A stretch of 64,000 nt of DNA from NCBI GenBank assembly GCA_963695855.1, contig CAVOHZ010000010.1, positions 1,216,001 through 1,280,000 on the forward strand, in the 5' to 3' direction. This stretch comes from an uncultured Nitrososphaerales archaeon (lineage in GTDB: Archaea > Thermoproteota > Nitrososphaeria > Nitrososphaerales > Nitrososphaeraceae). Positions 53,206 through 64,000 of the stretch are shown in pieces. The stretch's first letter is position 1, and each line of letters begins with the position of its first letter. The translations under genes were made by a program, and so were the position numbers. The notes below the pieces were generated by a model that was not told the origin of the DNA, did not search any database, and saw nothing but the letters and a program-made list of their open reading frames with translations.

Positions 53206-53574
53206 TCAAACTACTATTACTTCATTTCCTTCTTTTATCATATTGCCGACGCTTACATGACCAGGACCACTACTTAATACTATGTTTGATTTGATTAATT
53301 TCTCATTAACCTGAAAAAGGTCGGCACAAAAATTACACGCTACTTTCAAGATCCCTTTTTCAATAACTTCATTATATAATGGTTTTATAAATTCGTGTAT
53401 TTTACTATCTACAATTTTAACTCCCTCTCAATCCAAAATTAGTTCAGATTCTATTCCATTCCTATCTAAATCCAATGCATATTCATATGCATGTAATGTT
53501 CTTGCAATGTCAGATGGTTGTGCTAATGCAACAACTACCACATTCTTTTCATTTTTAATTTCTGTTCTATCCAT
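53206..53574 (-). pseudogene. DsrE-like protein pseudogene
   Basis: ALDL...G.E..LILD*EGV, ACNFCA..F.V, GH.S; frameshifts and a stop. Confidence 0.6.
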
Positions 53575-53795
53575 AATATAGGTTGGTATATTTTACTAAT
53601 ATTTAGGTCGGAATAAGATTTTAATTTTTAATACCAAATTGGAAATTTCGCAATTTTTATCTAAAATATTTTTTGTTCTATGTAGGTAAAAAAATAGAAA
53701 TAAAGATTGTTTTTTTATTATCTAAATTGTACATCGATTCATTATTCTTTACGATTTTATGAAGAATAACTAATTAGCATGCTATTGCTTGATTT

Positions 53796-54752
53796 TTGTT
53801 AGGAATGTCTGTTTTCAATAGATCTTATTATAGAATGTTTAAACCGAAACAATTGACATTAGGAGTGATATTTGCAATTGAAGCTTATGAAGGAGCAATT
53901 CCTAAAATGGAAAGACAGGTAGAGTTGGCTCAACGTGCAGAAGAGCTAGAATTTTCAGCATTATGGTTTCGCGATGTCCCTTTACATGATCCTGGATTTG
54001 GAGATGTAGGACAAATTTATGATCCATGGGTTTACCTTGGATATATTGCTGCACATACAAAGACTATAGCTTTAGGAACTGCGGCTATCATCTTCCCTTT
54101 AAGGCATCCAATTGACTTGGCAAAAGCAGCTTTTTCTGTTGATCACTTAAGTAATGGACGATTGATACTTGGGATAGCATGTGGAGATAGACCTATTGAG
54201 TATCCAGCATATGGAATAGACTTTGAGATTAGAGATGTACTTTTTAGAGAAGGCGTTAATGATTTTCGCCGATTATCTGAAAGTTTTCCAAAATATCATT
54301 CGAAATTGGGATTATTAAATGGAGAAGTTGATCTTTTACCAAAACCTACATCTAGAAAACTATCATTATTTGTTACAGGAAATAGTAGGCAAACTATTGA
54401 TTGGATTGCTGAAAATTCAGATGGATGGTTAATGTATCCTAGAGAAGTTCTTTTGCAACAACGTACTATAACTAATTGGAATAATGCAGTCAAAAAAACT
54501 GGAAGTAGTTTTAAACCATTTGCTGAGTCATTATACATAGACTTGACTAAAGACCCTGATGCTAATTTCGAGCGAATTCATCTTGGCTATAGATTAGGAA
54601 GAAACAAATTATTTAAACATCTGATGGATCTAAAGGAAATTGGTGTAAATCATGTCCTTTTTAATCTTAAATATAGTAAGCGTCCTGCAGATGAAGTGTT
54701 AGAAGAACTAGGAAAATTCATAATACCATATTTTCCCCCTTTGAATGAATAA
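53796..54752 (+). CDS. LLM-class (luciferase-like) oxidoreductase
   Basis: ALWFRDVPL.DP.FGD.GQ.YDP, LRHP...AK, GDRP.EY. Confidence 0.92.
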   Translation: MLGMSVFNRSYYRMFKPKQLTLGVIFAIEAYEGAIPKMERQVELAQRAEELEFSALWFRDVPLHDPGFGDVGQIYDPWVYLGYIAAHTKTIALGTAAIIFPLRHPIDLAKAAFSVDHLSNGRLILGIACGDRPIEYPAYGIDFEIRDVLFREGVNDFRRLSESFPKYHSKLGLLNGEVDLLPKPTSRKLSLFVTGNSRQTIDWIAENSDGWLMYPREVLLQQRTITNWNNAVKKTGSSFKPFAESLYIDLTKDPDANFERIHLGYRLGRNKLFKHLMDLKEIGVNHVLFNLKYSKRPADEVLEELGKFIIPYFPPLNE

Positions 54753-55167
54753 ATTTTCAGAAAATAGAAAATATATGACAAGCCAAAATTCATCATGTAA
54801 GTTGTTATACTATATCTTCCTAATCTCTCGTGTAAATATTCAGATACTGCGTCTTTTTGTTCTTCTATATTGGTATAGAATCTATTTACATGTACATTCA
54901 TTTTTATATTATGATTTGCTTTCATTTCATTTGGATTTATGGAGTCGTCTTTGGAAGATGTATTACAAGTAAAGGTAGAATATTTACAATATATACAATG
55001 AAACGACTTTTTTATATATATCCATTTTATAATATTCCAAAATATTTTTATAAAATTTTAAAAGTGTTCTAAATAGAAAAACAAACTAACTATAAAATAA
55101 AAATTTTATTGTAATAGTTTTTCTATTTCATTTTAGCACCGACAACTGACTCCCGGCAGCCATATTT

Positions 55168-55350
55168 TCAAGATTTTTTAATTTTAGCTTTTATCTTTTC
55201 CTGCATTTCAGGCTTCATCACATATTCACGAGTGTAGCCGTGGTCCTTAATTGCATGATCAACCAAATTATTCATTAATTCTTCTTCTGTTTCACCAGTT
55301 CCTCTGAAATCACAGTTTACTCCAACATCTCTACATGACACAGATAACAT
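55168..55350 (-). CDS. DUF1059-family small metal-binding protein
   Basis: C.DVG..CDF...G.TEEE......HA...H. Confidence 0.85.
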   Translation of the reverse strand: MLSVSCRDVGVNCDFRGTGETEEELMNNLVDHAIKDHGYTREYVMKPEMQEKIKAKIKKS

Positions 55351-55693
55351 TACAAAGATTATGATTGCATTCTATTTAAGTTCATGTCTTCGAGGACGTT
55401 AAAAAGAAGGACAAGGATGATGATAACGACGAGGATAATGATTAAGACTACTTCTGATAAATATTTAATTTTCTATAACAATCACAATATTAACTTGGTA
55501 AAATAAAGTAAATTAGTTTAGATGTTAATCATACATCTTTAGATTTTTGTCATGTGTAAAAATAAATATAAGTATATAACATACAATGCTCACAGAATGG
55601 TGAAGTTGGTTTTTATGATGATCGTTTCTACAAAGCCAAAGATGTTTGTAATCTATTAATATTCAATTGTTATTAAAAAAAAATCAATTGAGT

Positions 55694-55936
55694 CTATGCT
55701 GTCACAAGTTCTTTACTTTTTATTTTTTCATAAAATTCCTTACTATCTATATCCTGAGTAATCCATAAGTAGTCTGAATCTTGTCTTGAATTACTATCAT
55801 CAATTTGTTCAGGTTCTTCATGTTTTACATCGTGATCCACGATTTTTTTGTATGAATTGATTCTCTTTATTATTACGGATAGAATAGAAGACCCCAATAT
55901 TTCTGGATGAAAAAAATTTTTTTTATTCAATGACAT
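55694..55936 (-). CDS. hypothetical protein
   Basis: 80-aa ATG ORF, TATA-like element upstream. Confidence 0.4.
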   Translation of the reverse strand: MSLNKKNFFHPEILGSSILSVIIKRINSYKKIVDHDVKHEEPEQIDDSNSRQDSDYLWITQDIDSKEFYEKIKSKELVTA

Positions 55937-56759
55937 ATTCGTTTACATAAGTTAATTCCTTAAAGTGACTTATAAATATGATTATACTAGGTTCTTAGAT
56001 ATAAAAAAAGTATCTCTGTAATAGTATTTTATTGTAATTAATCAAACTACTGTTTGATCCTTTAATCTAATAATAATTCAAAACCATTTAGAAATAAGAT
56101 TATATTTTTTGTTATCATATTGCATGGATTGAAGAATAATATGTGCTATTGTATACATATTATATATTAAAAGTTCTTGCTTATAGCAGACCTATTAATT
56201 TAGAGAATAAATGTATTAGTAATGTCGCTACAGTAATAGATTAATTTAATTCAGCAAATATCGAAATCTAATCTTGATTCATTAGCAAGAGTTTCGATAT
56301 TGATATTCAATTACAGATCTCATATAATATTTTATTGTTGGTACATGTAAGTTATAAAAATAAATATTTTTGTGCCATGATATAGATTGCATCTCTGTTT
56401 GTGTATATTTTTAGTGTATCTTTATGATTACAATCATCCATCACAATTATCCTTATTCATAACAATTGCAAACGATAGATATCATCCTTACTATTACTTG
56501 TACTCTTGACTCCTACTTTCTCTTGTTCCAACTTCATCCCACTATGTGAAGAGCCTAATCCAGTTATATTTTCTGTATAATCGACTTCAACTGCTACAAC
56601 ATACCATCCCTGTTTTTTTATCTATTATTTTTTTCCTCATCAAAACCAGATTTAGTAAATACTTCTACCATGATTTTTTTGGAGTCATTTCAGGATATTT
56701 AGTATTAGGATAGGATCAACTTTTGGTAAAACTTCTTTGCAGAGTTCTAAATTCCTATT

Positions 56760-57017
56760 TTGATTTTTACAGTGAAATTGAATACCGTAATTATGCAAAC
56801 TCCAATTGTAATTCCTGCATTAACTGAAGGCTGTAGTTATGGGGAATTTAAAAGTCCAACTGATAAGATCATAGAAGATTGTATTAAGTCACATAACTAT
56901 TATGCAGTAGTAAAAGTAACCATCGACGGAAAAGAAATACCTGATATTGATAGATTCAGGATTACATCAGATTGGTTTATTTTAAATGTTACACAGACAT
57001 ATAGGATATGCAACTAA
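56760..57017 (+). pseudogene. internal fragment of a hypothetical protein
   Basis: CSY.EF...V.IDGK.I...R..S..F pattern without plausible termini. Confidence 0.35.
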
Positions 57018-57225
57018 GGAAGCCAAAACATCTCTAACATCTTTTTATATTGAAACAAGTGATTTACTATATTGTTGAGAGAGATGATAATTCAGTTCAA
57101 AACTATAACTGTAATAATAAATTGATTTATCTAATAGAATTTTTATTGAATAATAAACTTAAGTCTATTTAGTGGGAAAAACGTAATACTCTAGGATAAT
57201 AAGAAAAATATACTCCTCTTTCTAT

Positions 57226-57870
57226 TTGTATTTCTATATGGTTTCTAAAAATAAATTATACTATTATTATTATCTTGTTATTGATTTAGAAGGTTCTTCT
57301 TCGCAAAATATTCCATTAGATATTCAAATTGAGAAATTAGAAAAATTGAGACTTTGTGTGAGTAGAATTTTAAACTTTAACACAAGTAGACTACACCAAA
57401 CGAAAGTAAGATATATCAACTCCACAGGGGATGGTTATTTTATTATTTTTGATAAAGGAGAAGACACACTAAAATTTTCCATTGATCTTCAAAAATATTT
57501 AAATGATCACAATAAGAAAATAAAAAACAAAAAATTTTATTCACAACAAGAAATTGATTCAAAAACAATTATAGTTAATACTGGGATTTCTTGTGGAATC
57601 GGTAAACCCCTTAAACAAATAGATGGACAAATAACCTATTGGGGATCGGATGTTATATTGGCTCATAGGATTGCTGATTATGCTAAAGGAGGTTATATAT
57701 TATGTAGTTCTGATGTATACAAAAATATGAAAAATATTAATTTTGGTGAATTTGTAAATCTTGAATGTTCAACAAATTTTAAACACAATTTAAAAACAGA
57801 TGTATATTTATTTTATAATAAAGAAGATAAAGAAAAATTCGAGAATGTAAATATTCATCTTTTAAGATGA
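57226..57870 (+). CDS. class III nucleotide cyclase-domain protein
   Basis: IDL.GSS, TGDG, GI..G, WG..V..A.RI...A..G.IL.S; likely start at ATG 57238. Confidence 0.75.
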   Translation: MYFYMVSKNKLYYYYYLVIDLEGSSSQNIPLDIQIEKLEKLRLCVSRILNFNTSRLHQTKVRYINSTGDGYFIIFDKGEDTLKFSIDLQKYLNDHNKKIKNKKFYSQQEIDSKTIIVNTGISCGIGKPLKQIDGQITYWGSDVILAHRIADYAKGGYILCSSDVYKNMKNINFGEFVNLECSTNFKHNLKTDVYLFYNKEDKEKFENVNIHLLR

Positions 57871-58761
57871 ATCAAAATTTTTTTCTAATAACTTTAACAA
57901 AAAAGTGCAGTTTAAATTCAAGAATTAAAGTAAAATTCTAAATTTTATTGATAGAAGATGTTTCATAATTTTGATCTACATGACTTTTCTTTAGTTTTAG
58001 GGCAATCGATCCATTAATTATACTTTCAATACCTAAAATTGTAATTTCATCTTAAATATTCTAAATGAAATAACATTTTTGAACCACAATCAAGGAAAAT
58101 TCTAGATATTACTAGAGTAATAGATTAATTAATTTATCTTCGATAAGAAAAAAAAGTAAAATATCAGTTTTTGTCATCTCAATGGTCGATTGTCTGAGCA
58201 AAATGCAGCAACTGTATATACTATATCTGTTCCTTTTCTACAGATTATTTAGTGAACCATCTGTTTGGGCTTAAAAACCTGAACTTTCAATGAATCTGGC
58301 AAAGTGGAAAAATACTTCAGTAAATGAAATTTATAAAATTCGATACAAATAATCGAGCTAATTAGGATCAAAAAATTCTTTATAACAATTAATAAATTCT
58401 AATAGACTTAAAATCTGGGTAGATATAATTCTCTTATTTGACAGTAATATTTCCAAACAATGGATACATTGATTATAAACATTTTACATTTTTGTAAATT
58501 CGAGCCAACCTTCGAAATCTGCTATGCAAAAACTAATCTATAAAAATAAAACTTATCATAATTCATTTTATTAATCTATCTATCATATCATAGCAGAAAA
58601 TAATCAGACATCAAAAGATTATTTGGTGAATATGTTAGAACTAGATTATTGAAATTACAAAGTGAAATAATCTTTGGATGTATTGCATACAATATTCATG
58701 GAATGATAAATGTGATTATTACAAGATGTCTTCTAGAGAGCCAAAAAATTTATCTATTACG

Positions 58762-59183
58762 ATGACTTTGGAAGATTATGCAAAATATGATTGGAATGCT
58801 CGCACAATCTTTTGGAATAGATCCCAAAAATAGCCGGTTTAGCGGTTAACGGTGCAACCAAAATCTTTCTTCAAAAATCGACTCCTAAGGCTGCTTCAGG
58901 TCTTCTGTCAGCTTTACCCAAAAATATTACCGACCAATTTGATGACAATGACAGACAAAAATTTAAAACAACACAAGAGAATGTAAATCGTTATGATTTG
59001 ATAAAATAATTGTCAGAAATAACAGGTATAAAAGATATCGACAAATTAGATAATTTTGCTGATACTATTTTGGATGGTATAAAGCAAAATACTAGGATTG
59101 ATTTAAGTGATGGTCTTGACAAAGAAGAATTGTTACAAGGATTAAAAGATTTATCAAGACAGCAACAATCTAGTCAATTTTAA
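58762..59183 (+). pseudogene. hypothetical helical protein pseudogene
   Basis: Protein-like reading broken by a frameshift near 58830 and a stop near 59008. Confidence 0.5.
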
Positions 59184-59626
59184 TTCTTAATAATCTCTTT
59201 TTTATAAAAGCTTCTAAAATACAATCGTTGGGATAGAAACAAGTACAGGTATTAAAAGAAACATCCATACCTAATAATATCATAGAATAAGTGAAATGTG
59301 ATTGTTACTTCTTCAGAATATTATTTATAAATTAAAAATGAAAATATGTATACTCAAATACAAAACAATGATAAATATTTTTACAAATATTTCAGAAAAT
59401 TTGGTTTTTATTTGTAGCAATCAAGACGATTTATGATTTATAGAGCAAGAAAAACTAAACCTGTGAATTTAAGTCATTTATACTAAGAGGTCTAGAAAAT
59501 ATTATAAATGAAAATATATTATATGGTCAAGATTATTTCATGTATATATCTTTTTCTAGTGGCTAAAAATTTGAATTCTTGTAATTCTGTTACAATAGTG
59601 AATAAGAAGGTGAATTAATAGCAATA

Positions 59627-60034
59627 ATGAAGTCTAGATCAAAATTAATTCTATTGGTGGATGATGAACCCGATCATGTCGATCTTTTTAAAGATATACT
59701 TGAAAGTAGAAATTATGATGTGAATGGTTTTACAAATCCGCTAGAGGCATTAGAACATTACAGAACAAATTGCGATCAATATGGATTAGTAATTGCTGAT
59801 ATTCAAATGCCTGCAATGACGGGGTTTGATCTGCTAAAGAATATCAAAAAGATTGATACTACTATTTCATGTTTTTTGATGTCAGCTTATGATACCATCG
59901 AATTTTCTGAACTAGAAGATATAAAGATAGATGGATTTATAAAAAAACCAATAATATTAAAGGAATTATTATCTACCATCGAAAAATATTTGATCAATAT
60001 CCCAATATCATCAAATTATAGTAGTAATATCTAG
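59627..60034 (+). CDS. single-domain response regulator receiver
   Basis: LVDDE, DIQMP.M.G, MSA, KP. Confidence 0.92.
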   Translation: MKSRSKLILLVDDEPDHVDLFKDILESRNYDVNGFTNPLEALEHYRTNCDQYGLVIADIQMPAMTGFDLLKNIKKIDTTISCFLMSAYDTIEFSELEDIKIDGFIKKPIILKELLSTIEKYLINIPISSNYSSNI

Positions 60035-60963
60035 TAATTGTTTAAACTTTTACAACATGCGATATCAAGTTATTATTTATTTTTGTCTTAACATATGAGA
60101 ATTTCCAGTCAATAAATATATACTGCTATTTATTAAAATCGAATAGTTAGGTAGACTAGATAATTAATTGAACCAATTAATTTAATGTCTATACTTATTA
60201 GAGAATTGAAATATTGTATAACAATAGAATAATGATAATAGGTGATTATGAAGAAATTATTAATTTATTCATTATATTTTTAAATTCAATGGCTATAATA
60301 CAGATGCATATACCGATTAAGTAGAAGCTTTGTGTAACTTTATAAAATATAGTCATGATTTAATTATACTGGATTTGAAATTCCACAAACGGATGAATAA
60401 TATTATATAAAAAGATGAAATGTTTTTTCGGTGTTTATAATTACAGAAATAAGATAATATTATATGTCTATTCTATCTCATGATGACAAAACTTGTTACC
60501 ATTTTTAGTAAAGTTTGCTATTATCAATTTGAGTTTCAGATATTTCAATCAAATTTCCCTTATTAATGTGATAAATCGGCATTTAGAATAGACTAAACTA
60601 GTATCATCAAGATTTAAAATTTCCTTATAACAAATTTCATCTAACAATACCTATCTATTAAATGTTAAATCTTATCTTTTTTATTTGTAATCATAATTAT
60701 ATTTAACAGTGGACCAAATACTGATTGGTTTTTGAGTGGAGTCACGCATATCCTACAGTGAATGACGTATGGACCGTAATATTTTATGCCGTCAGACAAA
60801 AAAGAATTAATTATTATTGTCTATTTTTCAGTACAGCAGAAATTAATGGTAAATTTTATTAAAAATTCTCCAATACAACAAAATATGCATTAATCAGGAT
60901 GAAAAATCGCTGAATATTTTCAATTGTCTTTATAACTATAATTGATAGACTCCACGAGTTGAG

Positions 60964-60986
60964 CGCCGGGAGTGGGACTCGAACCC
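60964..60986 (-). other. tRNA 3'-end fragment (Ser-like), att-type scar
   Basis: Minus strand GGGTTCGAGTCCCACTCCCGGCG = T-arm, acceptor strand and G discriminator; no 5' half. Confidence 0.7.
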
Positions 60987-61469
60987 TTATTCATCAAATG
61001 TGGGTTCTATCATCTAATATTAAAATATCTTCAAACAAATTGTAGATTCAATTATTCTATTTTAAATTCTTCTACCAATAGTAAGAATTTCATTGTAAAA
61101 GAAATATTATTTGTTATGAACATGATCATCATACGAAGAAATCAACGTCAAGATATTATTATCCTGATCTTTGATCTCAGACATTATTCCATCCCAATCT
61201 TGTTTTTTAGGTTCTGTAACCTCTACTCTTTTTTCTCGTAAGTCTGTATAAGTATTATCAATATTTTTGGTATGATTAGATGTAAGTCTAATTTTTCTTT
61301 ATATCTTTTTATTACCAATAAAATTTTTTATAAAAATTGAAATTAACAATTGAAGATCGTATCATACCTAAGATGAAATACTAGATGATTCGAATATTAT
61401 AAATAATAAATTGAATTAATATTTTGCTAGTAATTTATATCCCTTATCTTATAATAACCTTGATGTTAT

Positions 61470-61835
61470 TTGGGTTTCAATGGTAATGTTCCAAGTCGTG
61501 GACGCTATCCTTATCCAAATAACAATGATAAAAAATACTTTGATCCAAGATTTAAGCGAATTCTCTGGTTTCTATTTGCAAGCACAAGGGGAGGTCTTAC
61601 CCGCACTAAAATTATAAGTTTAATTAATGAAACACCTACAAATGCTAACCAGATATCGACAATGTTGAATCTCAATTATAAAACTGTAATTCATCATTTA
61701 AATGTCTTGATAAAAAATGGATTGATTATTACAGAAAATAAAGAGATTTATGGTTCTACATATTTTCTTACTCCGTTAATGGAACAAAATTTTCAATTAT
61801 TTAAAGAGATATTAAATAAAATAACGAAACAATAA
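61470..61835 (+). CDS. ArsR-like winged-helix regulator
   Basis: LW.L...TRGG..R..II..I...P.N.NQ.S..L..NYK...HHL.VL. Confidence 0.88.
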   Translation: MGFNGNVPSRGRYPYPNNNDKKYFDPRFKRILWFLFASTRGGLTRTKIISLINETPTNANQISTMLNLNYKTVIHHLNVLIKNGLIITENKEIYGSTYFLTPLMEQNFQLFKEILNKITKQ

Positions 61836-61881
61836 TGAAATTTGCTTATCACTTATTTTATAAATCAGAAACTAACGGAAT

Positions 61882-62181
61882 TTATTTTCTTGAGATCCAC
61901 AATAGTATCGATAGTCCAACTGATTGAGAGAGATTGATGAAGAATAAATACGGAGCAGCACTGTCAACTATATTTTTTATAGCAGGTCCAGCAAGATAAA
62001 GATTAAACCAAAATATCACAATTACTATGTTTTGTAACATAAATAGTGACGCTACTAGTACCAGACCATATGTAAAAAACGATTTCAATAACCGTATATT
62101 TTGGATATATATCGATATAATATAACCTAGAAGACCAATATTTATCAAAGCCGCAATAGCAGCGCCAATCATAAAATCCAT
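61882..62181 (-). CDS. small three-TM membrane protein
   Basis: Three hydrophobic helices; N..LL..I..Y..N...KS.FT.GL pattern. Confidence 0.75.
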   Translation of the reverse strand: MDFMIGAAIAALINIGLLGYIISIYIQNIRLLKSFFTYGLVLVASLFMLQNIVIVIFWFNLYLAGPAIKNIVDSAAPYLFFINLSQSVGLSILLWISRK

Positions 62182-62325
62182 TTCTATATCTACTATATCC
62201 TTTCCTAGAGCCTTTTATTTTATGGTTTTTTATTAATTAAAAAAAAGTGGTGGTAGATTTTTTTCGAATTTTTTTCATTTTCGTTCATGAATTTTTTAGT
62301 TGTGATATTTTACGTTTTTACTTTT

Positions 62326-63429
62326 TTAATTCATTTCACTATAGTTTGCATCAACTTCTTGGAATAACAAGAATGCAAAGAACGGAGGTTGTTTTTGATT
62401 TGCTACTGGCCATATTGATGATTGTGATTCTGTTCCTTCTCCGATATTGTCATTATTGTTCCTTGGTTCTGCAAATTCGATAGGATAATCAAATGGAGGA
62501 CTATTTTCTAGCGACAGGTCACTTGATAATGGAGTAAATGATTGTGCCTCTTCTGCAGATAATTTACCAACTCCTGCTGGTAATTCAGTATCATTTGGAA
62601 TATTTACTGCAAATACCAATGCCAAATTTGGAGTTAATGCTTTATCTCTCATGTTTTGATAATATACATTTTCATCCATTAAATGTCCAACCATCACATG
62701 AGTAAAAATATCTTCTGCTACTACTGTATTGTTACCATTTGTTATATCAACTACTTTTGCATGACCATACAAAAATGCCAGATTGCTTAACTGTGGAACA
62801 TCTGATCTATCAATATTGGATAATCCATGTTGAATTTGATGCATTCCTACGTTATTTACGGATGAAGCAAATTCTGCGTTTTCAGTCGGTAAGGAAGAAT
62901 CCGGAGAATTCCATTCTGTATCAGTCAGTATTATTTTGTACGTATGATCTTTTATCTGATGAGATCCATAAGTAATTGGAGAGGTGTATGTTGCCTCATA
63001 CGATGTAGTTTTATCTATATTTCCATCCTCAAATTTACCTTTAAATTTTGCATCATTTCCTGCAGATACTCCACATGTTAATGCATCAGCACACTTGAAA
63101 ACATCTGTAAAAGGAAATATTCCTTCAGGTCCAAATACATTTGTCAAGCCTACAGCAGGTTCAAAAAGTGCATTTGACCCTTCAACTTCAAGTATAGTTG
63201 AATTAGAATTTGGTTGTGGCATCTTTGATGATGATGATGGCATCATCATTGTCATCATTTCAGACTTTGATTGGTTTCCTTCTTCTCCTTGTTCTGCATA
63301 TGCTATCTGATTTAAAATATCTATTGTACCAATACTTATGGTTAGTATAAAAAAAATAGATCCCATTAGTATTGCCTGTTTTTTATACTCTTTGTTGTTG
63401 TTTGATGATTTTTCTTTTGGATTAATCAT
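62326..63429 (-). CDS. secreted hypothetical protein with Met-rich linker
   Basis: Signal anchor, MMTMMMP stretch, HQIQHG and THVMVGH His motifs. Confidence 0.8.
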   Translation of the reverse strand: MINPKEKSSNNNKEYKKQAILMGSIFFILTISIGTIDILNQIAYAEQGEEGNQSKSEMMTMMMPSSSSKMPQPNSNSTILEVEGSNALFEPAVGLTNVFGPEGIFPFTDVFKCADALTCGVSAGNDAKFKGKFEDGNIDKTTSYEATYTSPITYGSHQIKDHTYKIILTDTEWNSPDSSLPTENAEFASSVNNVGMHQIQHGLSNIDRSDVPQLSNLAFLYGHAKVVDITNGNNTVVAEDIFTHVMVGHLMDENVYYQNMRDKALTPNLALVFAVNIPNDTELPAGVGKLSAEEAQSFTPLSSDLSLENSPPFDYPIEFAEPRNNNDNIGEGTESQSSIWPVANQKQPPFFAFLLFQEVDANYSEMN

Positions 63430-64000
63430 TAAACCAACTTTTTTATAATAAATTATTTAAAATAAATCCAAATTCAAGCCTAAATTATGCATAAATTATA
63501 CATAAATTACATACCACTCTTTGTTGAATAAATATTTAGATTGGATGGTTATTTATCACAATCATGTCATCTTCAATATTTTCTTAATTGTTTACTCACT
63601 TTTACAAATAACAATTTATCATGTAAGAGAATTTCTTTACAAGAAAAATTACAATAAGTATCCAACTCATTAGTATATTAATTTGGTATTCTATGATATA
63701 ACAAAATTGAAGATAAAGTTGTGTCAAAAAAAGGAAATAGTTTATAATAAAAGTGTTAAAAAGGTTATTGTCATCATTGCTCCCATTAATGAAACTAGTC
63801 CGATTATACCTACTTTGGAATTTATCGATATTCTTCTTTTTTTATTTTCTTTTAGTATATCTTTATTCATATCTTGTTTTCTCTGATAAAATATATAAAA
63901 AAATACCAAAATTATACCCAATTATATGAAACTTTATTCTGATTGTAACTCGAACTCTATTCGTCAAGTGTGGATCTACTATCTGTTATTAAATTATTAC

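Noticed and set aside
55136-55161. GCCGGGAGT (minus strand) as a partner of the tRNA(Ser) scar
   Set aside because: Only 9 bp and in the opposite orientation; chance match likely
60972-61241. 89-aa ORF starting inside the tRNA scar
   Set aside because: Start derives from tRNA-like sequence and composition is not protein-like

Overview
Very AT-rich archaeal DNA whose gene families point to a soil ammonia-oxidising archaeon (Nitrososphaeraceae, probably Nitrosocosmicus-like; inferred from protein families, not from a search). There are no complete rRNA or tRNA genes, no CRISPR array and almost no core genes. The window reads as a large accessory island with many pseudogenes, IS5/IS6/IS110 remnants and three IS6-type MITEs. 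The left end holds a PolB2 cassette (RadA-like, arCOG07300-like, PolB2) with a divergent PD-(D/E)XK nuclease and a palindromic operator, followed by an IS5-disrupted tyrosine integrase. The main observation is a set of about ten co-oriented intergenic direct repeats in two sub-families, 35-60 bp long, between 20 and 51 kb. Their core (consensus ACGGGCTCGGAGG) is the reverse complement of a tRNA(Arg)-type 3' end, which also survives as a free fragment at 1384-1403. The main sub-family carries GTCAA-N6-TTGAC, and the sites divide the island into modules of roughly 1-9 kb. One site is a left/right hybrid and one site-plus-gene unit occurs twice, which suggests a tRNA-anchored, integrase-driven cassette accretion system distinct from attC integrons. 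All family calls come from motifs read by eye; no searches were run.
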